64,000 nt of DNA from Eledone cirrhosa (taxonomy: Eukaryota): NCBI GenBank assembly GCA_964016885.1, contig OZ024741.1, positions 47,306,001 through 47,370,000 of the forward strand, written 5' to 3'. The notes under the pieces were generated by a model. That model had not been told where the DNA came from. It did not search any database and saw only the letters and a program-made list of their open reading frames with translations. Shown piece by piece: positions 60,530 to 64,000 of the stretch. Position 1 is the first letter of the stretch; each line of letters begins with the position of its first letter. A program made the position numbers and the translations under genes.

Positions 60530-63500
60530 TTATTGTAACTCCGTTATAATTGTTGTACACAAATATCCTCGTACATATTTAGGTATAGTCCAAGCCAGTG
60601 ATTAACATGTTCATCTTCAGTGTTGTCGGTTCGAAGGAAAAGCGCCAAAGAGAGAGAGCTGGCTGTGTTGCCGCTATTTATAACCTCTTCCGGAAGTTGC
60701 AAAAGAGGGTTCTAGACTTTCAACGGGAAGTAACTCTAACTACTTCCCTGTCTAGAGAGCGCTACAAGAGTCCCCTCTCAGACGAGAAGTCGAATGACCA
60801 AATGAAATCATTGTTGCGAGAACATGAGGAGCAAAAGCAAAAGGTACAAGAACATGAATGAATAAAACATGAGCAAGCAAATAGCAAAATGAGCATAAAT
60901 CAAGTAATGCATTTTTACAAAGAATGTTTGAATGTAACGAATGATAAATCGTAGTCATACAAAGGAGCAGAGAATATTGATGCTCAATGGTAAAATCAAG
61001 TCAAATAGTTCATACATCACTAGTGTACAGATTTTTCTGACACTAGTTCTATCTGAAAACTGAAAAAAAAGGAGGTATGTTAATGCCACTGGGGTTTAAA
61101 TATATATTGTTTTGGGGAGTTTTCGTGGCCATCTTACCGTCCTGCCACTTCGTGTGACATAAGGTTGTGTGGTGTTTGCGGTGGAAGTGAAAATGTTGGT
61201 GTAGGAGTGTATGTACAAGGTGTATCAGGCAGTGTGATGAGACTTTCGGAGAAAGCCTTTTTTGCTCTGTCAATGGATATTGTCTCTTTTCGACCATTGA
61301 CAGCCACTGTGAAATGTTTGGGTGTGTGTGAAAGCACACGAAAAGGTCCATTATAAGGTGACGTAAGAGGTCCCTTGACGGAATCATTCCGTATGAAAAT
61401 GTGTGTCCACGTAGAGATGTCCAATGGGACAGCAGAAGAAATAGATTGGTCACGAGGGTTCATCGGTGGAAGATCCGAGAAATACGAACGAATCCTGGTG
61501 ACATATGATGCTGGGTCAAGATGTGATGAATCCACTGGTGCTAACATTTGTACAGGAAGAAACAATGTGGTACCATAAAGAAGTTCAGCAGAAGAAAAAC
61601 CTAAATCTGTCTTAATGGCAGCACGACAACCAAGAAGCACGATTGGCAAAAATTCAGTCCAACGTTATGGATCAGGAGTAGCGCGAAGTGTAGCTTTCAA
61701 CTGTCTATGAAACCTCCCTATCATTCAATTGGAGGCTGGGTGATAGCTGGTCGTATGGATGTGATGAGCATCCAAGAGTCGTGATATTTCGCGAAATAAG
61801 GAAGCCTCAAATTGGCGTCCACCATCCGTAGTTATTTTTGTAGGAACACCGAAACGAGCAATCCAATTGGAAATGAAAGCTCGGGCAACGGACTCTGCTG
61901 TTATGCCCACTAGGGGTATGGCTTCAGGCCACCGAGAGAAACGATCGATACAAGTCAATATGTATGTGAATCCACGACTAACGGACCATGGACCAACAAT
62001 ATCCATGTGTATATGACGGAAACGTGCGTCTGGTGGGCTGAATTTTCCAAGAGGAGCGCGGATATGCCGATGAATCTTAGAATGTGCCCAACCGGTGATT
62101 AAACGACGCATATTAGGCCAGAAGAATCGAGCCGTAATAAGCTTCACCGTGTCAGCTATGCCAGGATGTGACAAGGAATGAAGTGCATCAAAAACGGTAC
62201 TTTGATGGCAATCTGGAACAAGTGGTCTGGGTGAGCCAGTAGAAACATCGCAGAGAATTTTCCCTTCAGAAGATGGAAGAGGTAAATATTCCAATTTGCA
62301 GCAGGATAACTGGTCAGAGGAAATGTCCAACGAATCCAAAGTAGGCTGGTCAGTTGTAATGGCAACTAAATCGATATGTGCAGAGACGCAAGAGAACACA
62401 CAGAAAGTCGAGATAGTGCGTCTGCGGGTATGTTGGAAGTTCCGGCTATATGACGGATTTCACTGGTATACTGTGAGATGAGATCCAGATGTCTATACAC
62501 TCTCGGAGAGTACTTGTCGGACTTGGATTGTAAAGCGAACGTTAACGGTTTGTGGTCCGTGAATATCGTGAACTCCCGCCCCTCCAAAAGGTGGTGGAAA
62601 TGCTTCACGGCAAGATAAATCGCCAAAAGTTCTCTGTCAAAGGTGCTGTATCTCTGTTCTGCTGGTTTTAATTGGCGAGAGAAAAATGCCAATGGTTGAA
62701 TGCCAATGGTTGAACTTGGTGATCGATTACATGATGCAAAACTGCGCCAACAGCACGATCGGATGCATCAACAGATAAGGAAAGTCTCGCATTTGCAACA
62801 GGATGGGCAAGGAAAGAAACTTTAGCTAGCTCAGACTTGACGGATTTAAAAGACTGCAATGCATCGGCAGAAAGTGAAATTTTTTCATCTTTCTTTTTTG
62901 CAGCTCTTAAAAACTGTGTCAAGGGGAATAACTTGTCCGCACAGTTAGGAATAAAGCGACGATAAAAGTTAATTAATCCTAAGAAGTGGCGTAATTGTTT
63001 CAATTGATGCTGGTGGTGCTAATTGCTGAATCGCCTCTACTTTAGCTGGCAAAGGACGAATGCCTTCTGAATCTATAAGGTGTCCGAGGAATTCCAGTGA
63101 ATCTGCACCAAACACACATTTAGCTGGGTTGATTCTCACTTGGTACGATTGGCGACGTTGAAATAACTGAGTTAGATGTTGGTGATGATGATCATTCGAA
63201 TCGCTGGCTATGAGGAGATCATCAACGTAAGCAAACACGAAATCCAATCCACGCGTGACTTCATCGATAAAATGCTGGAACGTACTAGAAGTATTCCGCA
63301 AACCAAAAGGCATGGATAGGAATTCAAACGAACCAAAAGGGGTGGTCACAGCTGCTTTTGGTATGTCTTCCGGATGCATGGGTATTTGATGGTAAGCGCG
63401 TACCAGATCTATTTTAGAAAATAACTTGCATCCATGCAGAGCGGATGAAAAATCCTGTAAATTTGGTAGAGGATAACGATCAGGTGTTGTGATAGCGTTA

Positions 63501-64000
63501 AGTCGTCTATAATCACCCATGGGTCTAAAATCCGCTTCACCCTTACGAGCCAAATGAAGCGGGGATGCCCATGGGCTGGTGGACGGTCGTATAAGCCCAA
63601 GCTGAAGCATGTGATCGAACTCATCCCTGGCTTTGTTTAGTCTGTCTGGAGCCAGCCTACGTGGCCGAGAAAAAACAGGCGGAGCAGTTGTTGTAATAAA
63701 ATGTCGAGTCGAGTGGATTACTTGGTTCAGTTTAAATGAAATGTCAGTTAACTCGGGAAACGAGGCAAGAAGAGAATGAAACTGGTTTCCAGAGGCAGCT
63801 ATGAAACACGCGGGACCTGTGATTGAAACAGTAGAACCATGAGCAGGCGTAGATAAAGATGTGGTGCCATCCACAAGTTTTTGTTTCCTGACATCTACTA
63901 ACAGTGAGTAGTGGTGTAAAAAAATCCGCACCGAGAATAGGGTGGGGTAGGTCCGCTACAACGAAAATCCATTTGAAATCCCGACGCAAAGCTAGGTCCA
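60530..64000 (-). mobile_element. Second CsRn1-clade Gypsy element (protease end, RT, RNase H, integrase, 3' LTR), running off the window end; distal LTR boundary uncertain
   Basis: [45 protein letters not shown]; PPT tctgagaggggactct followed by an LTR starting TGTAGCG at 60766. Confidence 0.93.

Overview
AT-rich, repeat-dense animal genomic DNA, most likely octopus or another cephalopod (inferred from the intron-less tandem C2H2 zinc-finger ORFs, Nin-domain SINEs and the RTE/Tx1/CRE/Penelope/Gypsy mix). Host coding content is three C2H2-ZNF ORFs (11, 13 and 17 finger units) and one RMND5/Gid2-like first coding exon with a 94-bp inverted copy. The rest is nested mobile DNA: Tx1/L1-clade and RTE LINEs, many CRE-clade 3' ends, Penelope-like elements (PLE), two CsRn1-clade Gypsy elements, a young 2.1-kb non-autonomous LTR element, solo LTRs, MITEs and a SINE concatemer. 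Most notable: (1) PLE-type hammerhead ribozyme motifs at three loci, two of them embedded in DNA palindromes, including a perfect 420-bp palindrome that places one hammerhead on each strand inside a 1.6-kb inverted duplication; (2) tRNA-Trp primer-binding sites of 29-32 nt rather than about 18 nt, one with a mismatch exactly opposite tRNA position 58 (m1A); (3) an RTE LINE ending in three C2H2-like fingers; (4) a ZNF gene whose 3' UTR is a decayed finger array. Everything was read by eye; family assignments rest on remembered motifs, not database searches.
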